From contig DF237384.1 of assembly GCA_000708835.1 (NCBI GenBank), forward strand, positions 1 through 64,000: 64,000 bases of DNA, written 5' to 3'. The notes under the pieces are model-generated. The model was not told where the DNA came from, did not search any database, and saw only the letters and a list, made by a program, of their open reading frames with translations. Shown here piece after piece: positions 10,301-25,300 of the stretch; within the stretch, counting starts at the first letter, position 1, and every line of letters begins with the position of its first letter. Source of the stretch: Klebsormidium nitens (Eukaryota; Plantae; Klebsormidiophyceae). The translations under genes were made by a program, and so were the position numbers.

Positions 10301-13300
10301 CATGGTCATGATCCGAGTCATCCTGGCACCGTAAGTTTCGGATATTCTTGCTTCTAATTCAATAATGTCGACCTGGAGTTACGTCTGACTTTTCCGGTCA
10401 AGCAATCATTTCGAAAGTAGGACTTTACCGGGGATGGTCCCCAATTGGAGAAGTTTCCATCTTAAAGCAGCCAAAATAGCTTTATATCAGCAAGAAATCA
10501 ATCAGGACGAAGATAACTCAATTTGATACCTTGACCGAGCAGAAAAGGCGTCTTATGGTTGAAGAGCTCCCTGTCCGCTTGCAGCTGGCAACTTGATCAC
10601 CACTCCTCCCACCGTGGTGGTGTGTCCAACTGTCGACAACTCGACGGCCACAACAAACGGATCGGCTCCTTTGGCTGTAGACGTCGTTCATCCCCTGTGT
10701 CCGGCGACAAACTTGACGGTTTCCATGACGCAGCTTCACGACGGCACTTTTTCGGTCACGTATGCCGCGAAGCTTGCTGGCAGATACCGCGTAGTTCTGC
10801 AGGATTCGGCGGGAAGCTCCGTCGTCGAAGCGCAGCAGATTGTGCTGCTTCCAAAGGACGCACCGATAGATGCAGGGCGTTCTGTTCTCGTCGTCCCCGG
10901 CAACTTCTCAAGGGCTTCCGCCAACGTCAGGTGAGTTGAAACCAAGAAAAAGCGGTTGTCTTGCAAGGCTTATCAAGACAAAAGAAGGACTAGAAGGATA
11001 GCTACTTCCATGCAACTGCCAGTCAATCTGCTGTTGAGTAACCTTCGGCAGAATTAGCGGACGTTAAAGCTAGCAAGCCGCAGAGAACATGCTGCAACCT
11101 GCGTTGATGAAGAGGTTTACAAGCCTTGGAAGCCATGAGTAGCGGAGGAAACCAACATGCAACTTCGATTTGAAAACATGTTCTGCGGTCTGAATAGAAG
11201 AAGTTTGTCAACGTAGCATGCCTCGATCTGAGAATCGTACATCCTTTTGAATCCAAAACTCGTTACAGGGGACACGAACTGTGTCAAATCATTTGTGAGC
11301 GTGCTTTGGAACCTAGCAAATTACAGAGTGTCGAGGTGCACAGCAAGCTCGCGCACCAAGATAGTCCTCCGCTTCTTTTGCAGCTTCTGGATGGTGCCAA
11401 AGGATCAGTACGGCAACCAGATCTGGGTCGGCGACGACATGAGCGGCATAAGCGCGCAACTATATCCTCAGGGATTCTCGACTCCGTCTCCTTGGGAGGC
11501 GCTTATCAGCTTCGAGCCTTATCAATTTGAAAGCGCCAGTCCGACGGCGCGCTTCAAGCTGGATTTCAGCGGGGTCTCGCAAGCAGGGACCTACACGCTT
11601 CGTGTTTTGATCCACGGCGTGCGCATGAGTAACGTCCCTGCCTTTTACCTACGTAAGTCCTCGATCCCTTTTTCCCTAAATTGGATATTCCTTTCTGGAT
11701 GCAAGTAATCTGCTAAGGACGGCCCGTCTTTCAATGCAAAGTCTTTCGCGAAGTTCTCTGTCAGCCGACAATTCGAATATGAAACGCTCACTGTGAAAGC
11801 GCTCATGACAACACTTCCGTCCTGTCCTTGCAGCTCAACCGGATCTTGTTAACAACAACTGGCCTTGGCTCGCTCGATACGCAGGTAAGCTGGCATGAGT
11901 GCCAAACAGCAGCACACAAACAGTTGCGGGGAAGCTTTGGATCGAAAAGGGTGACGGTTGAATGTTGAGAGGCCGCTGTAAGACGCTAGTGACCAGTCCC
12001 GGCAAAGGGTTGAACAACCTGGTATTCAGATGGCTTCTCCCTCGCGGCTCTGCCAAAAGCGGGTTCGAAACAGCTTGCGAAGTCGTGGAACCACTCAAGC
12101 ACAAGAAAATCCCGCGTCCCAAGAATTTGGCACTTGCAAAGAGGATTTCATCCTGACAAAGCATAGGGCATAGTTTCTTGAGGCCAGGGACTGATCGGAC
12201 TGTTTGAAAAAACTCGGGAACTTCTTTTCAGAACTTCCCTGCTTTGTATTTCCTTTGCAGCGTCTACTGACCTGGTGGACGCATACTATCCGGGGGCCTT
12301 CTCTACCTCGGGTGAGAGTCAGGTCCTTGAAACCCTTGCATTTCGAATAGAAGCGCGGCCATCATCTGACTTGGGTTTCTGTGATGAGCACATTAAGCCT
12401 TTTCTGCGTAGGCGTCTTCCCTCGGCTTCGTTGCGAAAGATCACAGCTTGAATCAGAAACGGCAACCAGACTTGCACATTATCAGCGTAGAAATAAATCA
12501 AAAATGGAAGCCAAAAACTTCGGTTGAGGTATCGAGGGACAAACATTGATGGCTGATATTCCTCCCGTTGGTCCAGGCCCATAGACTTGGAGGTTCTAAT
12601 CTCGTCGAGTCAAAACTTGTTCACTCATGACCTTCTCGAGCAATGGACACTCTAAATCAAAAGGAGCCGTGCCTAAATGCAATTTCCGTTTTCAACTCTC
12701 AGTGTCCACAGATAACTCTTCCTTTCTCTCCTTTAACCCATCAAAAAGTCCAAGTCTTGGCCGTCAACCATTGCAGGCGGGGCTTACCTAACCCTCACCT
12801 TGCTGAATCCAAGCTTGACCCCAAACTATTGGTACACCACCTCGCTCTACTACAACGACTGGCTGGTGTGCCGCTTCGACTCGACCACCGTCGTGCAAGG
12901 CGGCCACATCACCAACTACGACCCGCGGGCCTCCTCCGGACCCACCGTCACGTTCCTTGTGCCGCCGTTCACGGGGGGCAGCAAAGAAGTGGACCTCGAA
13001 CTGAGCGCTGACGGCATCCTCTTCAAAAAGTTCGGCAGCCTGATGTATCATGGTAAGAAAATAATTGATTCAAATGTCGATTCAAGGTGCTGAAGCGTCA
13101 ATGATGCCAAGTCTTCCAGCTTCCGTCAGCAGAATGTTTTGAAGGGCGCCTCTTGAGCCGGAACTCAGACTCAAGCCTGAGACAGTCGTTTAGCTACTGA
13201 AGCTTTCGGCCCGGAATAAGAACATTGCTTTGTTTCATTCTAAGTTGAATGAAACTCAAACCCTCAAACCTCATTGCTGTGTGTTGGGACCAGGAGAAGG

Positions 13301-16300
13301 AAGCCGAAGTCCATGTAAAGCTGTGTATAGAATCAATAACTTAGGCTCCCACGTACCAGCTAACGTCCTCAGAAGGGTATAATCGAGCAGCAGTCCCCAC
13401 CACCCGAACTCCTCACTTGTCTGATGGTCGCTCTACGTTTCGACTCTCTTCCAGAGCCTTTGTCAGTCGACTCCGTCTCGCCCCCGTCCACTCCCCTCGG
13501 GGGCGGCGTCCTGGAGGTGCGGCTGATGAACCGGCAGCCACTGCCGGCCAACTTCACCGACGACGACATCGCCAACTTCCTGGACCCAAGCTGCCTCGTC
13601 AACTCCTCCCGAGTGGCCGGTACATACAACCGGGCAACCCCAGATTACCCCTGGCCTTCAGTCTCGTGCGTGAGCCCCAAGGGTCAGGACGGGGGACTGG
13701 TCAGCGTCACCGCTTCTCTCAACGGCTTGGAGTGGGCAGCGGAGCCGCGCCCGTATCTGTACGTCGGTTCCCACCAATTGACGGACGAGGAGCTGCTCAG
13801 CGAGCTGCAGCACTGGGGGGACCAGGGCCAGCTCGGAGAGTTCTATGACCTGTTTTACGGGACAGGGGTCGACGGCTTCTACGCAACCTCTGGCGGTGAG
13901 TCTCTTCTGGATCTGGAGCAGCCTCATTCAAATTGCAAGAGCATCCAGATTAAGTCGTCCTGACCCCTAAGCGCTTTGAAGACCCTTCTCTGAGGTGGTG
14001 AGCAAAGGGCAAGATTTTTGGGCCCAACTGTGCTTAGCGCTGAAGCTACTCCTTTGATGTTGCAATTCCAGGAAGGAACACAATTCTTCTGACTACCTTT
14101 CATCAAGACACTCTGCTCATTATACGTGTACTCTGGGGACTGTGCTCAACCTGTTTGCTAGATTGAGTATCCCCAAAGGCATTAACACGTCAGAAACTCT
14201 GAGGCAGCGCTGATCCTCTGACGCGAGCCTACAAAAGAAGAAAGGATTGCAAGGAGTAGGAATGGGTCCTCTTCAAAAACAGGTAAAACATGAGCGATAG
14301 ATATGATCGGGTGATCGTTGCAATGATTCGTCAGCAACATGCGATCTCAAAACAGCTCCTCACCGTTCTTACTAATCGCAGGTGGGTCCGTTCGGTACCC
14401 GACCGCGCCCGCCTGCATGGAGGGCATCTTCCCAAGCGTTGGGCCCCTCAGCGGGGGAACAAACGTCTCCATCCTAGTTTCGGGGCAGCTCCCGCATGGG
14501 CGCTCTAAGCCGCCGGTCTGCGCGTTTGGGTCGCTCAAAATCAACGGCTCCTACTCGCCCGAGACGTCAACAATCAGCTGCACCGCGCCCGCGGCCGCGG
14601 CTATCGGCCTGTCACAGCCGGGAACGGTAGCGCTGACGGTCAGCCTCGACGGAAGAACGTTTACGCCCGAGGGGGCGGCTTTTACTTACTACGGTGAGTT
14701 CTCCAACGCCGCTCGCCCACGTTTTGCCGCTCAACAAAGAAGCTATATCTTCACGTCTTTGAGCGAACGTACGGACTGACGACTCACATGACCGTACCCT
14801 GCACCCTTGGGAGAATGATTGCGGACGTTTCTCACGAGCTGCCGTGCTATGATCACCGTCCCAAAAATGTGTCCAAAACCTCCACCCTTGATTCTTTCCG
14901 TGTGGTCATGGATTTGCATCAGCTACTTTGGCTTTGTAACCGTCATATGTTTGACCTAACTGAGATCTGAAAAGCCCTGAATCTGAGCGGATCTCTCTTC
15001 CCAAGTTGCAAGGAACCCGTCGCTTGTGACGTAGATGAAAAAGAATCCTTCCAAAAGAGAGCGTCTACTTTCACTAACCGCCGCAAACTTCCGCTCCTGC
15101 TCAGCGGACTTCTACCCCCACAACTTCCGAAACGTGCCGCCACCGCCTGACCAGCTGACGACGCCCTTCCAACCGACGATCCCCTTAGACTCCGCCCCCT
15201 TCCCGGGCGCCTTCTCGGACTTCGACCTGGTTGCCACGTCAGCGACCTGCAAGCTGAACGGCCTGGTGACGCCAGCAATCTACCAGCCTCTGGCGACCGT
15301 CTACTATTGGTGGGGTTATGTGCGGGAGCAGCCGACCATAAGCTGCGTCACTAGAGGATCTCCTATGGGCGACCGTAACCTGCAAGTCTCGTTGGACGGG
15401 CAGCATTACGTCACCGTGACCCCGGCCCTGGACCAGCAAACGGACCTTTACAGTCCTGGCAATTTCGTCACCCGGCCTGACCCAACTGCCCTTGTGGAGC
15501 GCCATTCCGGTCGGGCCAACTTCACCCGGCTGCCAGCGACGTCCCGATACTGCATCGCTTTCCGAACCGGCGCGGCCGCCGTAGCCGCTCTCGCGGGCCT
15601 CACCATCGNNNNNNNNNNNNNNNNNNNNNNNNNNNNNNNNNNNNNNNNNNNNNNNNNNNNNNNNNNNNNNNNNNNNNNNNNNNNNNNNNNNNNNNNNNNN
15701 NNNNNNNNNNNNNNNNNNNNNNNNNNNNNNNNNNNNNNNNNNNNNNNNNNNNGGGCCAACTTCACCCGGCTGCCAGCGACGTCCCGATACTGCATCGCTT
15801 TCCGAACCGGCGCGGCCGCCGTAGCCGCTCTCGCGGGCCTCACCATCGACACCGGGGATCTGTCCCCGGCATTCGATCCCAAGGTCTTCAACTACTCGAC
15901 GACCGCCCCGCCGGGCACTACTGCGGCGAGCCTTGACTTTATTCCGGGCCCAATGTTGTCCTCGGTTAGCATCCAGGGCGTTCCCGTGGCGCTTGACTGG
16001 TCGCGCGGCGCGGCGCGCAACAACGCGCACACTGTGACCCGGTTGACCCCCGGCTGGAACATTATCGCCGTGGAAGTGACGGCGCCAAACGGCTTCTCGC
16101 TGACGTCATACACGGTGGACGTCTTTGTGGCATCGCCGTGCCCCAAGGGCCACCCAAAAAAGCCGCCCGCGGCCGCGTGCCTGCTGAGCCTTTCCCCCGA
16201 CGTGGGCCCGGTGACCGGGGGGACTAGAGTGGCGCTCCAATTCCCGGCCGGTCAACTGCCAGTCTCTGGGAACTGCTGGTGGTGCTCCCCGAACTACAAC

Positions 16301-19300
16301 CGATTCCAGCCCGCGATCAATGCGAAGAATCCAGTCTGCAACTTCGGCGGGCGCAAGGTGACGGCCGAGTACGAGAACTGGAGCAGCACGAGCATTGTTT
16401 GCTACGCGCCACCCTGGGATGGGGCGGCCGCAGTGGACGTGACCTTCAGTCTCGACGGCACCACGTTCAGCGCTGCCGGCGGACGTTTCTTTTACCACGG
16501 TGAGTCAATCTCACATCCGCTGATCAGTTTGTCCAAAGATCGAAACCTGTGTTGTCTCCTGTCCGTACATCTGCAAACGAACAGGTTTGCCAAGGCAACT
16601 GAAGCCACAAAAGGATTTCAATTGTGTGCTGTTCTTGGGAGCTGCGAAGGTAGAATAGTGATGATCTTGCAATCTGAGCCCGCTGATCAGCAAGCTTCTC
16701 TACAAGTGGCTCTTTAAGCTTCATGCATCTGAATCCTTACACCTCTTGGTAACGTAATCTTGCCTTTCAACCGCCGGTCCTATGCAACGAGTCTAGGTGC
16801 TTCAGTTCCCTTTACATCACACTCACTTACGAGGCTCCGCTGTCTGCACTTCGTGTCCCGATGTTTTAGTCCCCAGTCCTTTAATCTTTCAGCTTCTTCG
16901 ACTTTCTCACGATCCTTTTCCTTCTGCAGCGCCCTACTCCCCCGGGAACTTGACCACGGCGCCGTCTACATTACGGGTGGCCACACAGTTCGACGCAATC
17001 GTTCCCCTTACTGGACCTTCATTCCCCAGCAGCTACAAGAACTTTGCTGCACTGCCAGCGCAGTGCCGGATCTCCTATATGGGGACCACAGCGGCGCTTT
17101 ACATTCCGCCCAGCGGAAACTCAACCACGCCGTCCTTGCGGTGCCGGCCGGTTCTCTGGTCGTACATGTCCCCAGGGACATATAACCTTGACGTCAGCAT
17201 TAACGGGTTCGACTTCGTACCCGTCCCCCAGCCCATCACATTTCTCCCCCGGGACTCCTCGGCCAATGAGATGAGCTACACGTGGTTTCAAAGCCCCGGC
17301 TCCAAGCTGCTGCCGGCAACCGACGCTTACTGCGTCGGTTATGACATCAGCCCGGAAGCGGACAACGCCACGCTCTACAACCTAGGCCTCGGACGTTTGG
17401 ATATGAAACCCGCATACAGCGCCGACGTCCACTTCTACTCCGCGAGCGCGCCCTACGACGCGCGCGTGCTTGAGGTCGCGGCCGCGCCGGCCGCCGCGGG
17501 CGCGACTGTCGTGGTCAACGGGCGCGCCCTGGCTGGCATGTGCGCCAACGGAAAGTTTGGGAACAACGTCATAACGGTACCCGTCTTGTATTCGGGGGTG
17601 CAGACCTTCACTGTGGAGGTCACAGCCCTCAACGAAATCAACCGAGCCGTTTACACGATCAGCGTCGACGTTGCTCCCGAGCCGCCCTCGGTGCCCTGCC
17701 CCCGAGGGTATGCTCCCCAGCCGCCAGGCTTCGCTTGTCTGCAGAGCCTCTCCCGGGGCTTTGGACCGACCGCCGGCGGCACTGGGGTCGTTCTCCGTTT
17801 CCCCTGGGGCCAGGCGCCCCCTGCGCTCGGCAACTGGATGTACGGGCAGCAGTCAGCTGGGCCCACCAAGCCCCCGGTCTGTTCTTTCGGCGACAGCCGG
17901 GTGGTTGGGAGCTATTTTGGAGACGGAATCTTCTGTAACGCCCCCGCTTTGGTTGCGGGGTCGGGTTCGCAGACCGTGCCGGTGACCTTCAGCCTGGACG
18001 GGGTCAAATTCAGTACAAGCGGGGCAAACTTTACATACTACTGTAAGTCGAAATCATCCTCTGTCTTGGGAAAGACCTTTGAAACTTGCTTTTGCCAAAA
18101 TCCAAGAGTTTGGTTCAAGACAGTTTTGTCATTATGGCTTCCAGCAACAAGGTCCTCTCCTCGCGTTTCATCCCGCTGATTTGTCTAGCCTCCAGTCGCT
18201 GGTATTTGCTACTTGACATTAAAAGCTACAGAAGCCAGAACTACAGAAGCCTGGCGGGTTCATCATACTTGAGGATAAGTCTCACCTATTCTGGATGTTT
18301 CGACACTTGACTGTGCAGGATCCGACCTTCCAATGGTCTGAAAAAGCTTCTGCAGAAAAAGGCTGGGCTTCAATTAGATGATGGAAATTTTTCGACATAG
18401 AACGGAACCGACAAGTCTCAAGCATAGAGAAATGATGCGGAGTACGGATGCTCGTCTAGATTTCAACCACGTGCGCAGCTTGATTACGATGATAACTTAC
18501 ATGTGGCCGAGCTTCCATCGGCTCTTCATGAAAGGAAAATTTGAAGTCACTTCATTTGCGTTCAAAGACAAGATGTGCAGCAACTCACTCATCTGCCATT
18601 GGTAACCTGCAGCTCCTTTCTCGGCGACCTCTTTCGATCCTCCCCTTGGGAGCGTCTCCACAGGTTCCATCTTCGAAGCGACCATCCTTTTGGACAAGCT
18701 CGTATATCTGGACAACGCTGTCGATGCGGCCGCTGTTTCTAGCTCCGCCTCGTGTAATTGCGACGGGGTAACCACGCCGGCGACCTACCTGCCCCCCGGT
18801 GGAAACCGCAGCCAGCCCGCGCTGCGCTGCAATACCATGGCAACCTCGGCCGGAAACCTATACCTCAGGGTCTCTCTAAACGGGTTCGACTACGTGACGG
18901 TGCAAACGCCGATCAACGTGCTGCCTTCCGACGGCGCCTGGCAGTCCCCAAACCGCTACGAGCCGACCGCGGCCGCGCGCATGCTCGCGCCCGGCCTCTG
19001 CGTGGGCTACGCGGCGGGCCCGGGGACCGCCGACGCGTCGCTTCGGGGCCTGGAGCTCTCTCCAGGGGCGACCATGCTCCCCAGCTTTGCCGGCTCGGTG
19101 CTGTTTTACACCGCACAAGTTGGCTGGGACGTCCGTCAGGTGAACTTCACCGTCGTACCAAACGTAGTCGGGGCGACGGTGTCCATAAACGGCGCGCCGC
19201 TCGGCGTTTCCTGCGCGGGCGGCGCGATCGCGGGGAACGTCTTCTCGGCGCCGGTTCTCTTCACCGGCCTCAACCGGTTCACAATCGTGGTGACGGCACT

Positions 19301-22300
19301 CAACGGCTTCAGCCAGGCGACGTACCAAGTGGACGTATACGCCGCGGCAGCGCCCGTCGCGGCCGCGTGCCAGCGCCCGTACGCGGCGCAGCCCGTGACC
19401 GCGTGCCTGCGGAGCGTGACCCCGGGGCTGGGCCCCGTTTCGGGGGGCACCCAAGTCCGCCTCCAGTTCCCCCCCAATCAACTGCCTCTGGGGCCCGCCA
19501 CGTGGTACAATCAGTGGACGTTTGGGACGGGTGTCAAGCGGCCTGTATGCCGCTTTGGGGCGCTGACGACCGTCGGAACGTACGGCTCAGACGGCGTTTC
19601 TATCACGTGCGCCGCGCCCGCATGGCCTGACAAGTTCCGGCCAGAGACGGTGCCGGTGTCATTCAGCCTGGACGGATCGACATTCGCGGAGCTGGGGGCG
19701 ACTTACACCTACCACAGTAAGTTTCTTCTTGCACATCAATTTCTTTTTTCGAACATCACTGTCTGGTTGCAAGCTGCGATGGTTTCGATCAACATGGCAA
19801 CTTGAGTACGCACCTCTTTGATGACTGTTCAAATTCAAACGTCAAGCTATGGAAAGCTTTCACATTACTCATTTCGTTCCCTTGATATCGATTTAGCGAC
19901 CGTTGAGCAGCTTGCTTGATCCTGGCTTTCAGCCCTTGTAACCCTTCAAATTTGCGCAAAATGATTCATTGCAAAGACGAGAAGGAAGGAAGACTTTGGC
20001 GCTCCTTTTATGGCTGCGTGTAAACGTTTGTTTGCTATTGAAGTAGGGAGTCGAAACACTCTCAAAATTAAGGAACAAGAGCTGCATCGCAAGAGGTTCA
20101 AAAATTTGCACCTTTCTCTAGACCCAAAACTTCATTCGCTCTCTTGTCGTTGTCCCAGGTGTATTCCAGGCGGGCCCTGTCCTCGGCCTGCCTTCCCCGG
20201 CCTACACTGGGTACCCTCTCCCAGTCGTGGTCCCCCTCACGGGCCTCATCTTCCCGGCCAACTTTTCCACCACCGATCTCCTCACCACCTCTGCTGAGTG
20301 CACTCTCCAAGGAGGCGGAGGACCGGCCGCGACCTACCTCCCCTCACACAACGACTCAACCGGGCCTGCTCTCAGTTGTACCGTCCTGGTGCCTTGGTAT
20401 TACCCTGACTTTTACTGGCAAACGTCCTGGACCCTGGCCGTTGCCTCAACGGCCAAGAATTCGTTTCCGTGCAACAACCAATCAGCTTCGCGCGTCCCAA
20501 CGTCACGAAGTACGACGGATGGAACTATCTGAGGTCGTACGTCAACCCGGGTGTGCGGTTACCTGCCTCGCCGGCTGTGTGCGTCAACTACACCACCGGA
20601 GGCGCTTCCATGAGCGCCTCCCTTGCCAACATATCTCTGAACGCCATTCCGCTACTCCCGCCCTTCGATCCTTCCGTCCAAGTCTATTCCGCCAACGTCT
20701 CGGCGGACGTCTCCCAGGTGAACGTCTCAATCGTCCCCGGCGTTCTGGGCTCGAGTATCAAGGTTAACGGGACGCTTTTGCAGTACGGCTGTGCAAACGG
20801 CACAGACTGCAACAACACCGCAACTCTGCGAATCTCATACGCCGGCCTCAACACTTATGCAATCACCGTTGACTCCCCGAACGGCCTGAATCAGACGGTC
20901 TACCAAATTCTGATCTACTCGGCGCCCGCCACTGACATTTGCCGCCGCCGGCCCTTCCCGCCGCCTGCGCGCACGGCCGCGTGCATTAACGGCGTCGCAA
21001 CGTTCGCTGGCCCGACGACCGGGGGAACTAGAGTGGGAGTTCATTACCCCTACGGTCCGCTGCCGTCAGCCAAAGCCGCTTATTCCTCCGTTGGTATAGC
21101 CCGCTTGAAGCCGCCCACGTGCGCCTTTGGTGAGACACTTACTGTCGGATCGTATGCCTGGGAGGGGGATTATATCACCTGCTACTCACCCCCTCAAGAC
21201 GAGCCTAGGACCGTGGAGCTGCGGATCAGCTTCGATGGGAACACCTTTACCGCCTCCGGGCTGACGTTCTCTTACTACGGTGAGACAAGCTTCCTTACTC
21301 TAGTTGTGCGTAGCTCGCAAATATTGGAGCGTACTCATGTGCTTCCTTCCTTCAACGAATTTACGTTGTTCTAGGAAATTTGGACGTCTAAGAAGGAAGC
21401 TTCTTACTTGAAACTCGTCTCGTCACTCTGACGATGACTTCAATCAGGGTCACAAAACGCGTCGAGCGGACTGGTCTCAAATCGTTCCCGTGCTCCGGAT
21501 CAGCATGCCCATCTGCCTAGAATCAAATATTATGATGGATTTGACCCTACAGGGGTAGGTAGCAAGGTCAAGCTCAGATTTACCCTGGGCCGCAGACAGG
21601 CCCAAACCAGATTCTGGAGTTCTGCCTAAGTTTTATTTTTCAGCAACTTCGCCCCGAACTCAATTCTGCTTAGCCATATTTTGAATTTTGAGTTCTCCGA
21701 GGATATTAAATCACCCGGTAGAACCTTGAAAGGACTTAAGCCGTCCACTTGCAAGAAGGAAGTATTGGACGTTTCGGAATATTGATTCAGCGTAATATGA
21801 CCCTTCTTCAATCCAGTCTTAGGAGGACAGAGTGGCGAGCGAATGTTAGCGGCTCCATCTGGACGAGCTGCTGATTCGGATTCTTGATTCTTTTAATTTC
21901 AAAGAATGGCAAAGAAGCATTTGCTTTCTTACCTTGCTGGTACTAGTCTCTGGTTTCAATCGCTCTGCTCCGTCTTCTTCTCTGTTTTGTAAAATCTCTT
22001 ACGTTTTGTTGAACGAATCGTAGAAGTTTGCGAGAGATTGTCTTCTTCGAGCCGACCAATCTTGGTTCCTTATGGATCTATTGCCCACTCTTAGAAACAC
22101 GCCTTGAAGAGTGCGGCGATTGTTTTGTATGTTGAATCTGTGGCCTCGCACTTTCGACTCGCCGTTCTCATTGCTGTCACGCACAGCTTCAACTCTCACT
22201 TTATTTCAAATTGGCTGAGCTCTGCGTCACGACAGGTCTTCATAGCCTGCAAAGTCTGAAAAAAAGCAACAACACATCAGCTTTAGCTTTGCTCTGCTTC

Positions 22301-25300
22301 ACTTCATGCATAGCTCCCCGGCACGATTGCTTCCAACCGTTCAAACTCTGCGCGCAGCGCCCTTCGAGGCCCTGTCGGTCACCACGGAGCCCGCCGCCCT
22401 CTACGTTGGGGCCATCTTCAAGGCGCGCGTCTCTCTGACGGGGCCCGTCTTTGGTCCGGCCTTCACCGACTTCGCCGGCGCCGACCAAACCGGCCGCTGC
22501 CAGATGCCGGGCAGCATCTCCCGGGCTTCTTACGTTCCCGCCAACGGAACCGGCGGACCGCCGTCCCTTTACTGCGAGGCCCTCGTCCCGTACTACTTCG
22601 GCGCCGGGCAGTACTCTCTCCAAGTGTCGCTCAACGAATGGGACTACGTGCCCGTCCCCCAGCCGCTGTCGTTTGCGCCGTTCAACGCCAGCGGGTCTGG
22701 CTATAACCGGCTCCCTAATGCGGGCGTCCGCTGGCAGTCCAATGTTCCGTACAACGAGAGCCTCTGCTTAAGCTACCCGGTTGGTCCCGACATCGACGAC
22801 GCGACACTTTCGCAGCTCGCTTGCGATCAAGGGGGCCTTTCCCCGGCCTTCGACCCCAGCGTTTTTGCGTACACTGCAAGCGTTCCTTCGAACGTCACCC
22901 AAGTCTTCCTCACCTTAGCGCCAGCTGTCATCGGGGCGACCATCACCATCAACGGCTCACTGTTGGCGGTCGCCTGCGCCGACGGATTCCTCGTCAATAG
23001 CACGATCACGCTCCCTATCGCTTATGCGGGCGCGAATAACTTCGTGATCGAGGTGACGGCCCTCGACGGGATCCACCGCGCGCTCTATTCCGTTTCCGTT
23101 TTCAGCGCGCCGGAACCGGGGCTTGTAGCGTGCCCCAAAGCGTACGCGTCCCAGCCGCGCTCCGCCTGTATGCAGAGCATCGTTCCGGTGGTGGGCCCCA
23201 TTTCCGGCGGAACAACAGTGACCATCCGCTTCCCCTACAACCAGCTCCCTCTCGGCCCTGTAAACTGGTGGGACTGGTGGAGCAACTCGAACTACGGCTC
23301 CGGTGTGAAAAAGCCCGTGTGTCGCTTTGGGAGGTCACTAGTCACTGGGGCTTATGGAACGGACGGGACTAGCATCACGTGCGTGGCACCCCCCTGGGAC
23401 GAGACTGCTCCGTCGAGGACGGTGGCGCTCTCCTTCAGTCTGGATGGCGTTTCGTTTAGCACTGCTGGAGCCAATTTCCACTATCACGGTAAGATTGGCT
23501 TGTTTCAACCAAAAGCGCTGAATCTACTTGCGTCTGCAAACAATGTACTGTCTTTGATACTCGCTCAATCGCTTCAAAAGGCTAGGGCAAATGCAGGATC
23601 TGCTTCCTTTTCCCTTCAATCTCCGACCTGCTTGCCGCCCCAACTCTTGAGAGGTGGAAGCACTGTAGACCCAAGTCCATAAATACCTTGATCACAGGGT
23701 GCGTGCTTTGTTGCTGCCTTCAGGACGATTCAAGCCGCTTCACCTTACCATTTTTAGCCACCTTTCAACTGAGAATTGTTTAACGTTTGTTCCGGATGCA
23801 GAAAGAGATGACGACTCCAGTCGCTTCCCGCTGATTCTTGTGTATCTCTGCCTTCAGTTCCCTTCACAGCCGCGGCTGTTACGGCTCCCCGCGTGCCAGT
23901 CAGCCTCGGCTCCCTCTTCGAGGCCCTTGTTCCGCTGGACAACGCGCCGTTTGCAGCGGACTTCACCGACTACGCCGGAATTTCCGCCACGGCGACCTGC
24001 GACATCCAGGCCTACCCGCGAATGCCCGCCGTCCTCATTCCCCCTGGTCCCAACCAAACCCTCCCAGTCTTCCGCTGCGTGGGCAACTCTCAGTTGGGGA
24101 TTGAAGTCGGAACCTACAACCTGCACATCTCCCTGACCGGCCAGGATTCCGTAACCGTTCGCAAACCGATCGTTTTCTCGGCGCCCGGTGGCCCGCCCGT
24201 CGGCGACACCGGCTTCTATGCAAACGCGCAGCCGCGGCCGCTCCCGCCCTCGCCCGGGTTCTGCGTCAGCTACCTGGTGGGCGCTACGTCAGCCAACGTC
24301 AGCCTGTCCGCTCTCGCATTTTCGGAGGGCCTGTTCCCTGCCTTCGACCCGGGGCTCCGCAGCTACTCTTCCCGAGTCGCCTTTAACGTCACCGAGGTGA
24401 CCATCATCGTGCTTCCGAGTGTGGTCGGGGGAAGCGTGAGCGTCAACGGACGGCCTCTGGGCGTCACTTGCGTCAACAAGACGATTGCCCACAACGTGTT
24501 TACGGCTGCCGTTCCTTACGCAGGGAACAACAGGTTTACGGTTGAGGTCACGGCCCCCGACGGCATCAACCGGGCGGCTTATACCATAGACGTATACGCG
24601 GATCTTGCCCCCGTGCCGGCGGTCTGCCAAAAGCCGTACGCGCCGCAGTTTACCACCGCGTGTTTGCAGAAGATTTACCCAGGGGTTGGGCCCACGACCG
24701 GGGGAACCCTGGTCCAGCTTCAGTTTTCCTCGGGCTCTTTCTCCTACCTGTACTCCGTGCCTACCGTTTACTCGCCCGGGGACTGGCAATGGCGGCAACT
24801 GTGGACGGTGAAGCAACCGGTGTGCGCCTTCGGCAATCAAACGGTCCCGGGGACGCTTAATGGCGACTCTGCGGTGACTTGCACGAGTCCCCCCGCGGCA
24901 AACGGAGCCCCGGAAACGGTAGCGCTGACGTTCAGCCTTGACGGACGGACCTTCTCTTCAACAGGCGCCACGTTCACATACCACAGTAAGTGAAAGCCCC
25001 GTGTTTTCTTGTGCAATTTGAAAACGATACTCTGCCCATTTTTCGTTCCAGCTTCAAAGTGTTTGTGATAAGCGTTTCCAGTTCGACAGTAAATCAAAGA
25101 ATAGACGAGCTAACCTGTCAATATATATTCTTGCTGTCAATTCCGCCAATAATAGCTTCTCAACGTCTAAGTTTTTCTCTGAAAAGTTGCCGGCTGTTGT
25201 TTCGCGAACTGACGTCCCCAAGGTTTTATGTTGCACAAAAAGTGTGAATCAAAATGTCCAACTTTGTTCAACCAGCACTCAATTTGAATCATCTCGTGCA

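Noticed and set aside
20430-20470. Programmed ribosomal frameshift in module 4
   Set aside because: There is no slippery heptamer, and the other 10 modules are in frame at the same motif. A simple indel explains it.
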